64,000 bases of DNA from Pseudomonadota bacterium (lineage in GTDB: Bacteria > Pseudomonadota > Alphaproteobacteria > Rhodobacterales > Rhodobacteraceae), in NCBI GenBank assembly GCA_038532735.1, contig JBCBAC010000010.1, positions 15,044 to 79,043 on the forward strand, written 5' to 3'. Position 1 is the first letter of the stretch; each line of letters opens with the position of its first letter. The notes beneath the pieces are model-generated. The model saw nothing but the letters and a program-made list of their open reading frames with translations, made no database searches and had not been told where the DNA came from. Positions 37,356 through 47,792 of this stretch are shown piece by piece. The translations under genes were made by a program, and so were the position numbers.

Positions 37356-37700
37356 TTTTCTCCAAGGGTCCTGATTTTCGCAAGTTTGCGACCCGCTTGG
37401 CAAAAAAGTGCGCGAACGCCTTTCTGGGGTGCAGGGCCGTCATGGCAACGCCCGATGCGCGCGCACAGATCTGTGGCACTTTCTCACGAGAGCCGGGCTG
37501 CACGCCGATTGTCACGGCTGCGCTGAGCAAATGGCTGCCGTCGGGCAGCGAGTCTGGCCCAGCTCTGGTTGGTGACAAGCCCCTTCCCGACGGCGAGCAA
37601 TCGGTTCGCTCATTTCTCTGTAAACACGGCTAGGCGGCGACGCTTATCGGAATCTTTACGATATTGTCTTCAACTGAAGGGAATCGTGGAGTTTGCTGCT

Positions 37701-37895
37701 ATGAAATACGCATCCCTTTTTGTCCTACTGGGCCTGCTTGCGACCACCGCGCGTGTCGCGCAAATCGACGCGCCGGTGCCAAGCACGGCCTTTGCCGCAC
37801 CACCAACGGTGCTAACCGCCCCCCTGCCTGAAGCGATCCAATTAGGCGCAGCATTGCCTCGCCCTGAATTGGTCGAGATTAGTTTGCGATTTTAG
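37701..37895 (+). CDS. possible small secreted protein
   Basis: A 64-aa sub-ORF of 37569..37895 starting at ATG 37701 (GGAG about 10 nt upstream). Signal-like MKYASLFVLLGLLATTARVAQ followed by a Pro/Ala-rich stretch. No family recognised. Confidence 0.35.
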   Translation: MKYASLFVLLGLLATTARVAQIDAPVPSTAFAAPPTVLTAPLPEAIQLGAALPRPELVEISLRF

Positions 37896-37899
37896 CGGA

Positions 37900-38793
37900 T
37901 CAGACCCACTTGGCCAGTGGCGGCAGGCTCATCAAAACGGCATTGGCGTCATGCCCGGTCTCAAGGCCAAACTTGGTGCCGCGATCGTAGACAAGGTTGT
38001 ATTCCGCATAGAGCCCGCGATGCACAAGCTGGGTGTCCTTATCCGCATCGGTCCAGCCGGTATTGCGGCGCTTGTCCACCAGAGGGACATAGGCCGGCAG
38101 AAAGGCCCGGCCGATATCTTGGATGAAGGCGAAATCAGCGTCCCAGTCGCCAGTGCAATAATCATCGACGAAAATGCCACCAACACCCCGCGCGCGACCA
38201 CGATGGGGCACGTAAAAGTACTCATCCGCCCAAGCCTTCAGACGGGGGTAATGATCCTCCCCATGCAGATCACAGTGCTTCTTTTGAACAGCATGAAATT
38301 TGGCCGTGTCCTCGACATACTCAATACATGGGTTCAGATCAGATCCCCCGCCAAACCACCACGCATGCGGCGTCCAGAACATCCGTGTATTCATATGAAC
38401 GGCAGGCGCGTGCGGATTCTGCATATGCGCCACAAGCGAGATGCCCGACGCCCAAAAGCGCGGATCATCTTTCATACCGGGAATGCCCTTACGCGCGGCC
38501 ATCGCGACCTGCGCGCGCTCCCCCAAAGTGCCGTGCACAGTCGAGACGTTGACCCCGATCTTCTCAAACACCCGCCCGCCGCGCATCACGCTCATCAAAC
38601 CGCCACCCGCATCCGATCCATCTTCAGAGGCGCGCTTCGTCTCGGTCACGTCAAAGCGACCTGCAGGTAAATGAGCCGTCGCACCCTCAGTCTGACGGTC
38701 CTCTAGCGCTTCGAATGCGGCGACGATCTGATCGCGCAAGTCGCGAAACCAGGCAGAGGCGCGAATTTTGCGGTCGTCAAATTGCTCTGTCAT
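37900..38793 (-). CDS. hemF: oxygen-dependent coproporphyrinogen III oxidase
   Basis: 297 aa. Full-length HemF-like sequence (GGGSDLNP, RRGRYVEFNL-type region YAEYNLVYDRGTKFGL). Confidence 0.95.
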   Translation of the reverse strand: MTEQFDDRKIRASAWFRDLRDQIVAAFEALEDRQTEGATAHLPAGRFDVTETKRASEDGSDAGGGLMSVMRGGRVFEKIGVNVSTVHGTLGERAQVAMAARKGIPGMKDDPRFWASGISLVAHMQNPHAPAVHMNTRMFWTPHAWWFGGGSDLNPCIEYVEDTAKFHAVQKKHCDLHGEDHYPRLKAWADEYFYVPHRGRARGVGGIFVDDYCTGDWDADFAFIQDIGRAFLPAYVPLVDKRRNTGWTDADKDTQLVHRGLYAEYNLVYDRGTKFGLETGHDANAVLMSLPPLAKWV

Positions 38794-38898
38794 GAACCTG
38801 TCTCCTTAAGTTGACACAGTCTATCACTCTCGCTCTTGATTGCACCAGAGTTTGCGCCCACCTACACTGCGACCAATCCGCAGTATTCGGAGCTCGAT

Positions 38899-39273
38899 AT
38901 GCGATTTTCACCGGTCCTTCTGATCTGTGCGCTGGCCGCCTGCGCCAGTCCCTTTGATCGCTGCGTGACGGAGGCGACACGAGACGCCAATACACTGAGC
39001 GCCCTGATTGTGGAGACAGAGGCCAACATCGCGCGCGGTTATGCCGTGGATGAGCAGGTCACGCCGAAGATCAGCTATCAATACTGCTTTAACTCGCGCG
39101 GCGTCTGGACCTTGTGCCGCAAGCGTGACCTGCGCACAAAAGAGGTGCCGGTCGCGATTGATCTGGCAGCAGAAGAGCGCAAGTTGGTCAGTATGCGCGA
39201 AAAGCTGGCCCAGCTGAAAGCGCAGGCCGGGCGTGATATCCGCACTTGTCGGGCAGAGTTCGGCGCGGTTTAA
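38899..39273 (+). CDS. lipoprotein, unknown function
   Basis: ORF trimmed to ATG 38899 (MRFSPVLLICALAACASP, lipobox LAA-C). The C-terminus looks coiled-coil. Confidence 0.6.
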   Translation: MRFSPVLLICALAACASPFDRCVTEATRDANTLSALIVETEANIARGYAVDEQVTPKISYQYCFNSRGVWTLCRKRDLRTKEVPVAIDLAAEERKLVSMREKLAQLKAQAGRDIRTCRAEFGAV

Positions 39274-40073
39274 TGCGCGGCATTTCCGACCGGATCAAGC
39301 AGCGTGCGCCCGCCATCGACGGTCATAATCTCACCGGTCACAAAGCCGGCCCCGTCTGAGCATAAAAATTGCACCGCATGGGCCACTTCACCCGGGCTTG
39401 CGATCCGTTCAAGCGGGGTATGGGCCGTAATCTCCTCGCGCATCTCACGATTCTCGCGCAGCGTGTCCTTGAGAGACGCAGACATGACGCTGCCAAAGGC
39501 GACGGCATTCACGCGGATGCGGTGCGGTGCCAAGGCGACTGCCAGCGACCGCGTCATCTGATCCATGGCGGCAGAACTGATCGAATAGGCAAGCGTTTCG
39601 GAATGCGCCCGCCGGGCCGCGATGGAGGACAGGTTGACGATGGTTCCCGCCATCCCCTCTTCCTGATCTTCGGCTTGTTTGATCATGCGTTTCGCGATCA
39701 TCTGTGACAGCCGAAGGCTGGCCAGCATATTCTGCTGCAGCAACAGTTCCACGCCGTCATCATCGGGGTTCAACGGATCAGAGGGCACAACCTGACGGCT
39801 TGCGTTGATCAAAATATCCACCCGATCAAAAGCATCAATCGTGGCCGACAACAGGTTCGCAATCGTCAGTTTCTCGCGCAGATCCCCCGCAAAGACGCGC
39901 GCTTGTGTGTCGTCACCAACGACATCATCCAATTCCTTGCGCAGCGCCTTTTCGTCTTTGTCAGCGAACACAACATTCGCGCCATGTTCCAGAAAGTGCC
40001 GCCCAATCGCCAGACCGACCCCGTTGGCCGCGCCGGTGACAATCGCGGTTTTTCCAGAAATGCTGAAGGACAT
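39270..40073 (-). CDS. SDR-family oxidoreductase
   Basis: 267 aa. TGAANGVGLAIG cofactor motif and YSISSAA catalytic region. Confidence 0.9.
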   Translation of the reverse strand: MSFSISGKTAIVTGAANGVGLAIGRHFLEHGANVVFADKDEKALRKELDDVVGDDTQARVFAGDLREKLTIANLLSATIDAFDRVDILINASRQVVPSDPLNPDDDGVELLLQQNMLASLRLSQMIAKRMIKQAEDQEEGMAGTIVNLSSIAARRAHSETLAYSISSAAMDQMTRSLAVALAPHRIRVNAVAFGSVMSASLKDTLRENREMREEITAHTPLERIASPGEVAHAVQFLCSDGAGFVTGEIMTVDGGRTLLDPVGNAAH

Positions 40074-40108
40074 AGAAGATCTCCTGTAAGCGGCCAGCCT
40101 AGCGCTGT

Positions 40109-41104
40109 TTAGCGCGTGGTGCGAGAGCGCAATGGCCGTGCCGCGCGCAACAGCTTAAAACCGCGCGCGCCGCCGACCTCTTCGACCTGTTGGAAGAGGG
40201 TTGCAAGATGCGCCTCGTAGGGCAAATGCCGGTTTGCAACGACCCACACTTCCCCGCGGGCTGTGAGCAAAGAGGCCGCCGCCTGTAGAAACGCCTGCCC
40301 CAATGCAGGGTCCGCAGCGCGTTCGGTGTGAAATGGTGGATTTGTGAGCACAAAATCAACTGGGTCAGGCAGTGAGAAGCCGGTGGCATCCGCCCAATGA
40401 AACTGCGCGCGATTGTCTTGGATGTTCAGGCGGGCACAGGCCAATGCGGCAGCGTCCGCCTCCACCAAATGCAGGGTGTTGATACTGTCTTGGGCCAACG
40501 CCTGCACGCTGAGATAGCCCCAGCCCGCGCCCAGATCGACGCCGGTCCCTTTGAGCTTGGGCAAAGCGGCCGCCAGGGCTTCGGAGCCGGGATCGACACC
40601 ATCGGCCGAGAACACGCCGGGCTGGCGGAAATAGCCATCCGCTGCTTTGACAGGCGTATCTGGCATGGCCCACTCCGTGAACGCATCCGTCGCCGGGAAC
40701 GCAAATGTCTTGCCATGCGCTTTAGAAAAAGCCGCGGTCACGTCAGCCTCTTTCCGGCAAGCCTTGTAGAGGCTATCGATCCCATCGGTTTTTTGGCCAT
40801 CCACGACCACCCAGCCGTCCGTTACCGCGCAGGCTTGTGCAATCAGCGCGCGCGCCTCTGCCTTGGCCCGGGGAATGCAGACAATGCTCAGCGTGAAACG
40901 ACCCTGTGGCGCGATCTGTGCATCGTACCCAGCCTTTGCAAAAGCATCATGATCCGGTTTGAACCCTTGCACAATCTGGACACGATCTTTCGGCAAGCCC
41001 GCCAAATCATCACCCCAACGAGGTTTGAAGACGGCGATCGAGCCCGCATCGGGCAACGCAAAGGTGCCGCCATCTTGGGCCAAGCTCAATCGTATTGGGC
41101 GCAT
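40109..41104 (-). CDS. class I SAM-dependent methyltransferase (RsmC/RsmD-like rRNA m2G methyltransferase)
   Basis: 331 aa. VDLGAGWGYLS SAM motif and TNPPFH catalytic motif. Confidence 0.8.
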   Translation of the reverse strand: MRPIRLSLAQDGGTFALPDAGSIAVFKPRWGDDLAGLPKDRVQIVQGFKPDHDAFAKAGYDAQIAPQGRFTLSIVCIPRAKAEARALIAQACAVTDGWVVVDGQKTDGIDSLYKACRKEADVTAAFSKAHGKTFAFPATDAFTEWAMPDTPVKAADGYFRQPGVFSADGVDPGSEALAAALPKLKGTGVDLGAGWGYLSVQALAQDSINTLHLVEADAAALACARLNIQDNRAQFHWADATGFSLPDPVDFVLTNPPFHTERAADPALGQAFLQAAASLLTARGEVWVVANRHLPYEAHLATLFQQVEEVGGARGFKLLRAARPLRSRTTR

Positions 41105-41114
41105 CGGGAAAAGG

Positions 41115-41468
41115 TTATTCTTTTTCCATCGTGCATTGCAGCGGGTGCTGATGACGCTGGGCGAAATCCATGACTTGGGTCACTTTCGTCTCGGCCACTT
41201 CAAACGAAAAGACACCGACGACAGCCAAGCCTTTCTTATGGACGGTCAACATCAGCTCGAATGCTTGTGCGTGGGTCATGCCGAAAAACCGCTCCAGCAC
41301 ATGAACGACAAATTCCATCGGAGTATAATCATCGTTCAGGATCATCACCTTATACATCGGAGGCTTCTTGGTCTTCTGACGTGTCTCAAGGACAACGCCG
41401 ACATCTCCGTCGTCGTCATTCTTGTCTGCCATCATGAAGGGCTGCATCGACATATCGTCCGAATCCAT
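41115..41468 (-). CDS. clpS: ATP-dependent Clp protease adaptor
   Basis: 117 aa. Core [24 protein letters not shown] is typical of ClpS. Confidence 0.95.
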   Translation of the reverse strand: MDSDDMSMQPFMMADKNDDDGDVGVVLETRQKTKKPPMYKVMILNDDYTPMEFVVHVLERFFGMTHAQAFELMLTVHKKGLAVVGVFSFEVAETKVTQVMDFAQRHQHPLQCTMEKE

Positions 41469-41812
41469 TTGCTGGGTTGGGTGAGTATATAATCGGCGTG
41501 GATGATGTGAAAAGGGGAAGCGTCAGATTGAACGAAGCGGGCTCTGTCATAGGTGGGTTTGCAAGCCCACAGGCCTAGTCTGGACATGTAAGCACAGCCC
41601 CGCAACGAGCAAACGGTAAGAACGCCACATTCCTGCCACATTCACGATCTTGAGTCCTATGGCAGCACACCCGCTACATCTGGGGTGGCGCTTTCTTGAT
41701 CACCCATAAAGTTATTGAAAATAAGGTATTTTCTGAAAATGCCGTCCATGTTACTTTACAAAGAGAAATGATCGCGCACCAAAAAAATCGCGCGGCATGA
41801 GGCAGATCATAG

Positions 41813-43270
41813 GTGATACCCGTGGAAACGCAGCTGGGGCAGTGCGTCCGTCGTCTATTCGTGAGCGTATTTTTCATTTTGCTGATGGCTGTACCACCGG
41901 CAATGGCTGCGCCTTATGCAGCGATGGTCATGGATGCGCGGACGGGTGAGGTTTTGCACTCCCGCAACGCAGATACCCGGCTCCACCCTGCATCGCTGAC
42001 CAAAATGATGACGCTCTATGTGGCATTCGAGGCGATTGAGCGCGGTGAGATCTCGCTGGACACCAAAGTGCGCATCTCCAAGAAAGCGGCTGCCGAAATC
42101 CCGTCGAAGCTGGGTTTGCGCGCCGGGTCCAGTATTCAGTTGCGCTATCTTATCCGCGCCTCTGCCGTGAAATCCGCCAATGACGCGGCCACTGCGATTG
42201 GCGAAGCGATTTCAGGCTCAGAGGCCGCTTTTGCGCGCCGGATGAACCGTACGGCCAAAGCGCTTGGCATGACCAAGACGACCTTCAAGAATGCCCATGG
42301 CCTGACAGAGTCCGGCCACCTGTCGACTGCGCGAGATATGACAACGCTGGGACGGCGGCTCTTTTACGATTATCCGGAATACTACAACCTCTTCTCGCGC
42401 CGCTCGACTGATGCCGGCATTGCCAGTGTGAACAACACCAACCGCCGTTTGCTGAACGCCTATCGCGGCGCGGACGGAATCAAGACCGGCTACACGCGCG
42501 CGGCGGGCTTTAACCTCGTCGCCTCGGCAGAGCGTGGCAGTGAGCGCATCATCGCAACGGTGTTTGGGGGTCGCTCCACAGCGACCCGGAACGCCCGCGT
42601 GGCTGAGCTTCTGGATATGGGCTTTAACCGCGCGCCAAGCCGCGTGGCCGTGCGCAAGCCCGCGCCGCCCCGCTATGACAACCTGCCCGCTGAAACAGCC
42701 CCTGCGGGTGCTGCTGGCAAAACGATCCGCCTTGTGACGGCTGTGAAACGCAGCGATCGTCCCAAGGTCCGTCCGGGTGCCGAGCCTGATCCGATGCTTC
42801 TGGCAATGAAAGAAGAAATTCAGGACGCTGTCGCCGACGCGAACGCCGCCGCCTTGGCCTCCGCCACAGAACAGGTCGAGGCGCAGCCGGTTGAGGTGAC
42901 GCAAAATGCCACCGTGATCGCCCAGACACCTAAGCCCGTTGCGCGCCCAACGCAGGTTGCTGTTGCCGCGATCCAGCCTGAAGTCGTCGCCGATCCGGTG
43001 GTCGAAATTGTTTCGCGGCTCTCAAGCTCTGGCGGGCGGCATTATGGGATCAATGTGGGGCGCTATGGGTCGCGCCATGCAGCCGAAAAGGTACTGTTGA
43101 AAACCGCCCTGATGGAGATGGCCTGCCTCGACGGATCGATCCGCAAGATCATCCAACGCTCTGGTGGGTTTGACGCGAACTTTATGGGACTGACCGAAGA
43201 GACCGCCGATCTGGCCTGTCGTCGCCTTACAGCTCGTGGGACAGAATGCGAGACCTTGGGGCCATCCTGA
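41813..43270 (+). CDS. D-alanyl-D-alanine carboxypeptidase (PBP5-type) with a C-terminal SPOR domain
   Basis: 485 aa, GTG start. Signal peptide, SLTKMMT active-site motif and SANDAA motif. Pro/Ala-rich linker. C-terminal SPOR-like YGINVGRYGSRHAAEKVL. Confidence 0.9.
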   Translation: MIPVETQLGQCVRRLFVSVFFILLMAVPPAMAAPYAAMVMDARTGEVLHSRNADTRLHPASLTKMMTLYVAFEAIERGEISLDTKVRISKKAAAEIPSKLGLRAGSSIQLRYLIRASAVKSANDAATAIGEAISGSEAAFARRMNRTAKALGMTKTTFKNAHGLTESGHLSTARDMTTLGRRLFYDYPEYYNLFSRRSTDAGIASVNNTNRRLLNAYRGADGIKTGYTRAAGFNLVASAERGSERIIATVFGGRSTATRNARVAELLDMGFNRAPSRVAVRKPAPPRYDNLPAETAPAGAAGKTIRLVTAVKRSDRPKVRPGAEPDPMLLAMKEEIQDAVADANAAALASATEQVEAQPVEVTQNATVIAQTPKPVARPTQVAVAAIQPEVVADPVVEIVSRLSSSGGRHYGINVGRYGSRHAAEKVLLKTALMEMACLDGSIRKIIQRSGGFDANFMGLTEETADLACRRLTARGTECETLGPS

Positions 43271-43312
43271 TCCAGGGTTGAGACCTCACGGACCCCGTGC
43301 AAGGGTCTAGAA

Positions 43313-43993
43313 ATGACCGATCTGATCTTTGATATGCCAACGCCCAGCGTTGCGATTGCCAACTCTGACGCGCGCTTCCCAGTCCGGCGCATTTTTTGCG
43401 TCGGCCGCAATTACGAAGACCACGCCAAAGAATTCGGGAACAACCCCAAAGACCCACCGTTTTTCTTCACCAAACCCGCCGATGCCGTGGTGGACAGTGG
43501 CGCGAAACTGCCCTTCCCCGTCGCAACAGAGAACCTTCATTTCGAGGCGGAGCTGGTCGTGGCTATCGGCACCGATGGGTCGGCGATCCCGCGCGATACG
43601 GCGCTGGAGCATGTGTTCGGATTTGCCGCCGGAAACGACCTGACGCGGCGCGATCTACAAGCAGAGGCGAAGGACGCGCGTAGACCTTGGGACATGGCCA
43701 AGGGCTTTGATAATTCTGCAGTCCTTGGCGCAATCACCCCGATTGCAGATTGGAACTGCGAGAGCGCGCGCATCACCTGCACGCTGGAGGGCGAGGTCAA
43801 ACAAAACGCCGATATCGCCGACATGACTTGGCCAGTACCGGACATTATCGCGTATCTAAGCCGGCTGGTGCACCTGCGCACGGGCGATCTGATCATGACG
43901 GGAACACCTGCCGGTGTGGGGCAAATCCGGCCCGGTCAGGTTTGTACTGTCACGATTGAAGGGCTGGCCGAAGCGACCGTTACGCTGGGATAG
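43313..43993 (+). CDS. fumarylacetoacetate hydrolase (FAH) family protein
   Basis: 226 aa. CVGRNYEDHAKE, HFEAELVVAIG and GDLIMTGTPAGVG motifs. Confidence 0.9.
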   Translation: MTDLIFDMPTPSVAIANSDARFPVRRIFCVGRNYEDHAKEFGNNPKDPPFFFTKPADAVVDSGAKLPFPVATENLHFEAELVVAIGTDGSAIPRDTALEHVFGFAAGNDLTRRDLQAEAKDARRPWDMAKGFDNSAVLGAITPIADWNCESARITCTLEGEVKQNADIADMTWPVPDIIAYLSRLVHLRTGDLIMTGTPAGVGQIRPGQVCTVTIEGLAEATVTLG

Positions 43994-45590
43994 CCTCGGT
44001 CGCTTTCAAATCGAAGGCTGCGGCCATCAACGCGCGGGTATAGTCGGTCTCCGGACTGTCGAAGATCTGATCGCGCGTTCCAAACTCGACCACGTCGCCT
44101 TGCTTCATCACCATCACCTTATGAGACAGCGCGCGCACGACTTTCAGGTCGTGGCTGATAAAGAGGTAAGCGAGTTTATATTTCTGTTGCAGGTTGCGCA
44201 GAAGTTCGACGATCTGGACCTGCACAGTCATATCCAGCGCAGAGGTCGGCTCATCCAGAACCACCAACCGAGGCCGCAGGATCATCGCCCGGGCAATCGC
44301 AATGCGCTGGCGTTGACCGCCTGAGAATTCGTGCGGGTAGCGGTGCATCGTGTTGGGGTCGAGGCCGACCTCGGCCATAATCTCGGCCACCATGTCATGG
44401 GCGTTTTTGCCGGGCGGTGTGCCATGAACCCCAAGCCCTTCGGCAATGATCTGCTCCACCGTCATCCGCGGCGAAAGGGATCCGTAAGGGTCTTGAAAAA
44501 CGATCTGCATATCCTTGCGCAGATCGCGCAGCTTGCGGCTGTTCCACTTGTCGATCCGCTGGCCCATATAGCTGATCGGCCCTTCGGATTTGATCAGCCG
44601 CATGATCGCAAGCGCCAGCGTCGTCTTACCCGACCCGGACTCGCCAACGATCCCCAGAGTCTCCCCCGCCCTGACATCAATCGTCGCTGCGTTGACGGCT
44701 TTGACATGACCGACAGTGCGTTTCAGCAGCCCGGCATGGATCGGAAACCAGATGCGAAGGGCATCTGTCGTGACCATCGTCTCCGCGTCTTCCGGCACCT
44801 CAATGGGGACACCGGTCGCCTCCGCACTCAACAGCATCTGCGTATAGGGATGCTGCGGGTTGTCGAAGATTTGCGCCGTCGGCCCATGCTCGACAATCTC
44901 GCCGTCTTTCATCACGCAGACGCGGTCAGCGATTTTGCGCACGATACCAAGGTCATGGGTGATGAAGAGCATCGACATCTGCTCGGTCTCTTTAAGCTCT
45001 GCCAGCAGGTCGAGGATTTGCGCTTGAATGGTCACATCAAGCGCGGTTGTGGGTTCATCTGCGATCAACAGTTCCGGGCCATTCGCCAATGCCATAGCGA
45101 TCATGACGCGCTGGCGCTGCCCGCCAGACAGCTCATGCGGATAGGCGGTCAGGCGACTTTCGGCGTCGCGAATGCCGACCTTATTGAGCAGTTCGATGAT
45201 CTTCTCACGCACCGCATCGCCGCGCAGACCCTGATGCAGCTCGATGCTTTCGCGCAGCTGCTTTTCCAGCGTGTGCAGCGGGTTGAGCGACGTCATCGGT
45301 TCCTGAAAGATGAAGCTGACATCATTGCCGCGCACTTTGCGCAGCATGTTTTCATCCGCACCAACCATTTGCTGACCGCCATAGGTGATGGAGCCTTCGA
45401 CGGTCGCGCTGTCCGCCAGCAGGTCCACAGTCGAAAGCGCCGTCACCGATTTGCCAGACCCGGACTCACCGACGAGGGCGACGGTTTCGCCCTTGTTCAA
45501 CTGAAAGGAGACGCCTTTCACAGCGTGGCTGACCTCCCCGTCCTGCGAGAAGCTGACGCGCAGGTCTTTGACGTCGAGAAGTACGCTCAT
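43980..45590 (-). CDS. yejF: ABC transporter ATPase with two fused ABC domains (YejF-type peptide/microcin uptake)
   Basis: 536 aa. Two Walker A sites ([16 protein letters not shown]) and two LSGGQRQR signatures. Confidence 0.9.
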   Translation of the reverse strand: MSVLLDVKDLRVSFSQDGEVSHAVKGVSFQLNKGETVALVGESGSGKSVTALSTVDLLADSATVEGSITYGGQQMVGADENMLRKVRGNDVSFIFQEPMTSLNPLHTLEKQLRESIELHQGLRGDAVREKIIELLNKVGIRDAESRLTAYPHELSGGQRQRVMIAMALANGPELLIADEPTTALDVTIQAQILDLLAELKETEQMSMLFITHDLGIVRKIADRVCVMKDGEIVEHGPTAQIFDNPQHPYTQMLLSAEATGVPIEVPEDAETMVTTDALRIWFPIHAGLLKRTVGHVKAVNAATIDVRAGETLGIVGESGSGKTTLALAIMRLIKSEGPISYMGQRIDKWNSRKLRDLRKDMQIVFQDPYGSLSPRMTVEQIIAEGLGVHGTPPGKNAHDMVAEIMAEVGLDPNTMHRYPHEFSGGQRQRIAIARAMILRPRLVVLDEPTSALDMTVQVQIVELLRNLQQKYKLAYLFISHDLKVVRALSHKVMVMKQGDVVEFGTRDQIFDSPETDYTRALMAAAFDLKATEAIPA

Positions 45591-46693
45591 GTGAAGGTCT
45601 TTCGGGGATCAAACGCGTCGCGGATGCCTTCAAAGATGAAGACAAGCAGCGACAGCATGAGGGCAAAGGCCACGAAAGCCGTGAAGCCGAGCCAAGGGGC
45701 CTGCAAGTTCTGCTTGGCTTGTAGCGTGAGCTCGCCCAACGACGGGGCAGAGGACGGCAGACCGTAGCCAAGAAAATCGAGCGCGGCGAGGCCGCCAATG
45801 GTGCCGGTGATGATGAAAGGCAGCATCGTGAGCGTCGCGACCATGGCGTTGGGCAGCATGTGGCGGAACATGATCGTCCAGTTGCTGACCCCCAACGCGC
45901 GGGCGGCGCGGACATATTCGAAATTCCGCGCCCTCAGGAATTCGGCGCGCACGACGCCCACCAAAGCAGGCCAGCCGAACAGCACCATGAGGAAGACCAG
46001 CAACCAGAAACTTCGCCCCAGCACCGAGAACATGATGATGATGATATAGATCGACGGGGTAGAACCCCAGATTTCCAGAATGCGCTGGAAGATCAGGTCG
46101 AGCCAGCCGCCGAAATAGCCCTGAAGCGCACCGGCGATGATGCCGATTGCGGCGGCCATGGAAGTGACCATCAGCGTGAACAGGATCGACAGGCGGAAGC
46201 CGTAGATCACGCGGGCCAGCACATCGCGGGAGGTGTCATCGGTGCCCAGCAGGTTTTCAGCAGATGGGGGTGCGGGGGCCACGCCGCCACGGTCCACGAT
46301 GGTGGAATAATTGTAGCGGACCGGCGGCCAGATCAGCCAGCCCTTGTCGATGGCCTGCCCTGCGATGTCACCGTCCTGCGCGTCTTCGATCAGCTCTTCG
46401 GGGATGTCGTAGCAATCGATCATGCCGCCCGTGATGATCAGGCATTGCACGTCCTCATAGCGGTATTGCGCCTCGGTCGCGAGGTCGCCGCCGAACTTCG
46501 TTTCAGGATAGAAGTTGAAAATCGGCATGTGCAGCTCGCCCTGATAGCTGACGAGGATCGGTTTGTCGTTGGCCAGAAACTCCGCAAAGAGCGAGATACC
46601 GAAGAGTACCGTGAAGATGATGAGTGACCAGAAGGCGCGCCCGTTGCGGCGGAAGTTGCGCCAGCGGCGTTGGTTAAGCGGAGACAGCGCCAT
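45587..46693 (-). CDS. yejE: ABC peptide transporter permease (YejE-type)
   Basis: 368 aa polytopic protein in the BPD-transporter family. ATGA coupling to yejF. Confidence 0.88.
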   Translation of the reverse strand: MALSPLNQRRWRNFRRNGRAFWSLIIFTVLFGISLFAEFLANDKPILVSYQGELHMPIFNFYPETKFGGDLATEAQYRYEDVQCLIITGGMIDCYDIPEELIEDAQDGDIAGQAIDKGWLIWPPVRYNYSTIVDRGGVAPAPPSAENLLGTDDTSRDVLARVIYGFRLSILFTLMVTSMAAAIGIIAGALQGYFGGWLDLIFQRILEIWGSTPSIYIIIIMFSVLGRSFWLLVFLMVLFGWPALVGVVRAEFLRARNFEYVRAARALGVSNWTIMFRHMLPNAMVATLTMLPFIITGTIGGLAALDFLGYGLPSSAPSLGELTLQAKQNLQAPWLGFTAFVAFALMLSLLVFIFEGIRDAFDPRKTFT

Positions 46694-47773
46694 TTATCCG
46701 CGCCTCTCGAAATCGATGCGCGGATCGACGAAGACATACATCAGGTCCGACAGGATGCCGACGACCAGCCCGATCAGACCGAAGACGAAAAGCGTGCCGA
46801 ACATGACCGGATAATCGCGTGACACCGCAGCCTCGAACCCCAGGCGGCCCAGACCGTCGAGGGAAAAGAGCGTTTCGATAATCAGAGAGCCACCGAAGAA
46901 GACACCGATGAAAACAGCCGGGAAACCGGCGATCACGATCAGCATCGCGTTGCGGAACACATGGCCATACATCACGCGCCGTTCGGTCAAACCCTTGGCC
47001 TTCGCGGTCATCACGTACTGCTTCTTGATCTCGTCCAGAAAGCTGTTCTTGGTCAGCAAGGTCAGCGTCGCAAATGCGGAAATAGTGGAGGCCAAGACGG
47101 GCAACGTAATATGCCAGAAATAATCGCCAATTTTGCCGAGCAGGCTCAGGTCTTCCCAATTATCAGACGTGAGCCCCCGCAGCGGGAATATCTGGAAATA
47201 AGATCCACCCGCAAAAAGCACCAGAAGCAGGATCGCAAACAAAAAACCGGGGATTGCATAGCCCACGATGATCGCGCCCGACGTCCAGGTATCAAACGGC
47301 GTGCCGTCGCGCACGGCTTTCCGCACACCCAGCGGGATTGAGATGAGATAAGCGATGAGCGTGGACCAAAGCCCCAGCGTAATCGAAACTGGCAGCTTCT
47401 CGATCACCAGATCAATGACCGAGATGGAGCGGAAATAACTCTCCCCGAAATCGAGGCGAATGTAGTTCCACATCATGTTCAGGAAACGCTCAAGCGGCGG
47501 TTTGTCGAACCCGAACTCAGCTTCAAGCTCGGCGAGAAACTCAGGTGGTAGGCCACGCGCGCCCAGATACCGATCATCCCCGCCGCTTTGTTGGATGCCA
47601 GCGTCTCCACCACCAGCAAAGCCTTCGAACACGTCCCCTTCGCCTTCCAACTGGGCGATGATCTGTTCGATCGGGCCGCCTGGCACAAACTGCACGAGTG
47701 CAAAATTGATGACCATAATCCCGAAAAGTGTCGGAATGATCAGCAACAATCGCCGGAGAATATAGGCGCCCAT
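46694..47773 (-). CDS. yejB: ABC peptide transporter permease (YejB-type)
   Basis: 359 aa. N-terminus [24 protein letters not shown] is typical of DppB/OppB-like permeases. Confidence 0.88.
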   Translation of the reverse strand: MGAYILRRLLLIIPTLFGIMVINFALVQFVPGGPIEQIIAQLEGEGDVFEGFAGGGDAGIQQSGGDDRYLGARGLPPEFLAELEAEFGFDKPPLERFLNMMWNYIRLDFGESYFRSISVIDLVIEKLPVSITLGLWSTLIAYLISIPLGVRKAVRDGTPFDTWTSGAIIVGYAIPGFLFAILLLVLFAGGSYFQIFPLRGLTSDNWEDLSLLGKIGDYFWHITLPVLASTISAFATLTLLTKNSFLDEIKKQYVMTAKAKGLTERRVMYGHVFRNAMLIVIAGFPAVFIGVFFGGSLIIETLFSLDGLGRLGFEAAVSRDYPVMFGTLFVFGLIGLVVGILSDLMYVFVDPRIDFERRG

Positions 47774-47792
47774 TTACCCTGCTCTGTCTTCG

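Noticed and set aside
37397-37633. A 78-aa plus-strand ORF (TTG start) downstream of hemE.
   Set aside because: It has no RBS, only moderate third-position G/C and no recognisable motif. It is discussed as part of the gene-less 37356-37700 stretch but is not called as a CDS.
38806-38816. A possible FNR/FnrL box or a shared heme regulator site upstream of hemF (TTAAGTTGACA).
   Set aside because: No TTGAT-N4-ATCAA-like dyad is present. The motif overlaps the hemF RBS region, and its similarity to the hemC-hemE spacer is largely the generic TTGACA hexamer. It is kept only as a side note in the hemC/hemE finding.
44331-45767. A 478-aa ORF on the plus strand, the longest uncharacterised ORF in the track.
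   Set aside because: It lies entirely antisense to the well-supported yejF ABC ATPase gene. Its product is Arg/His/Asp/Gly-rich low-complexity sequence, typical of shadow ORFs in high-GC DNA. The same reasoning applies to 11666..12580, 13470..14078, 14125..14937, 15032..15736, 20679..21254, 31625..32428, 40397..41173, 45860..46627 and 62167..62958.
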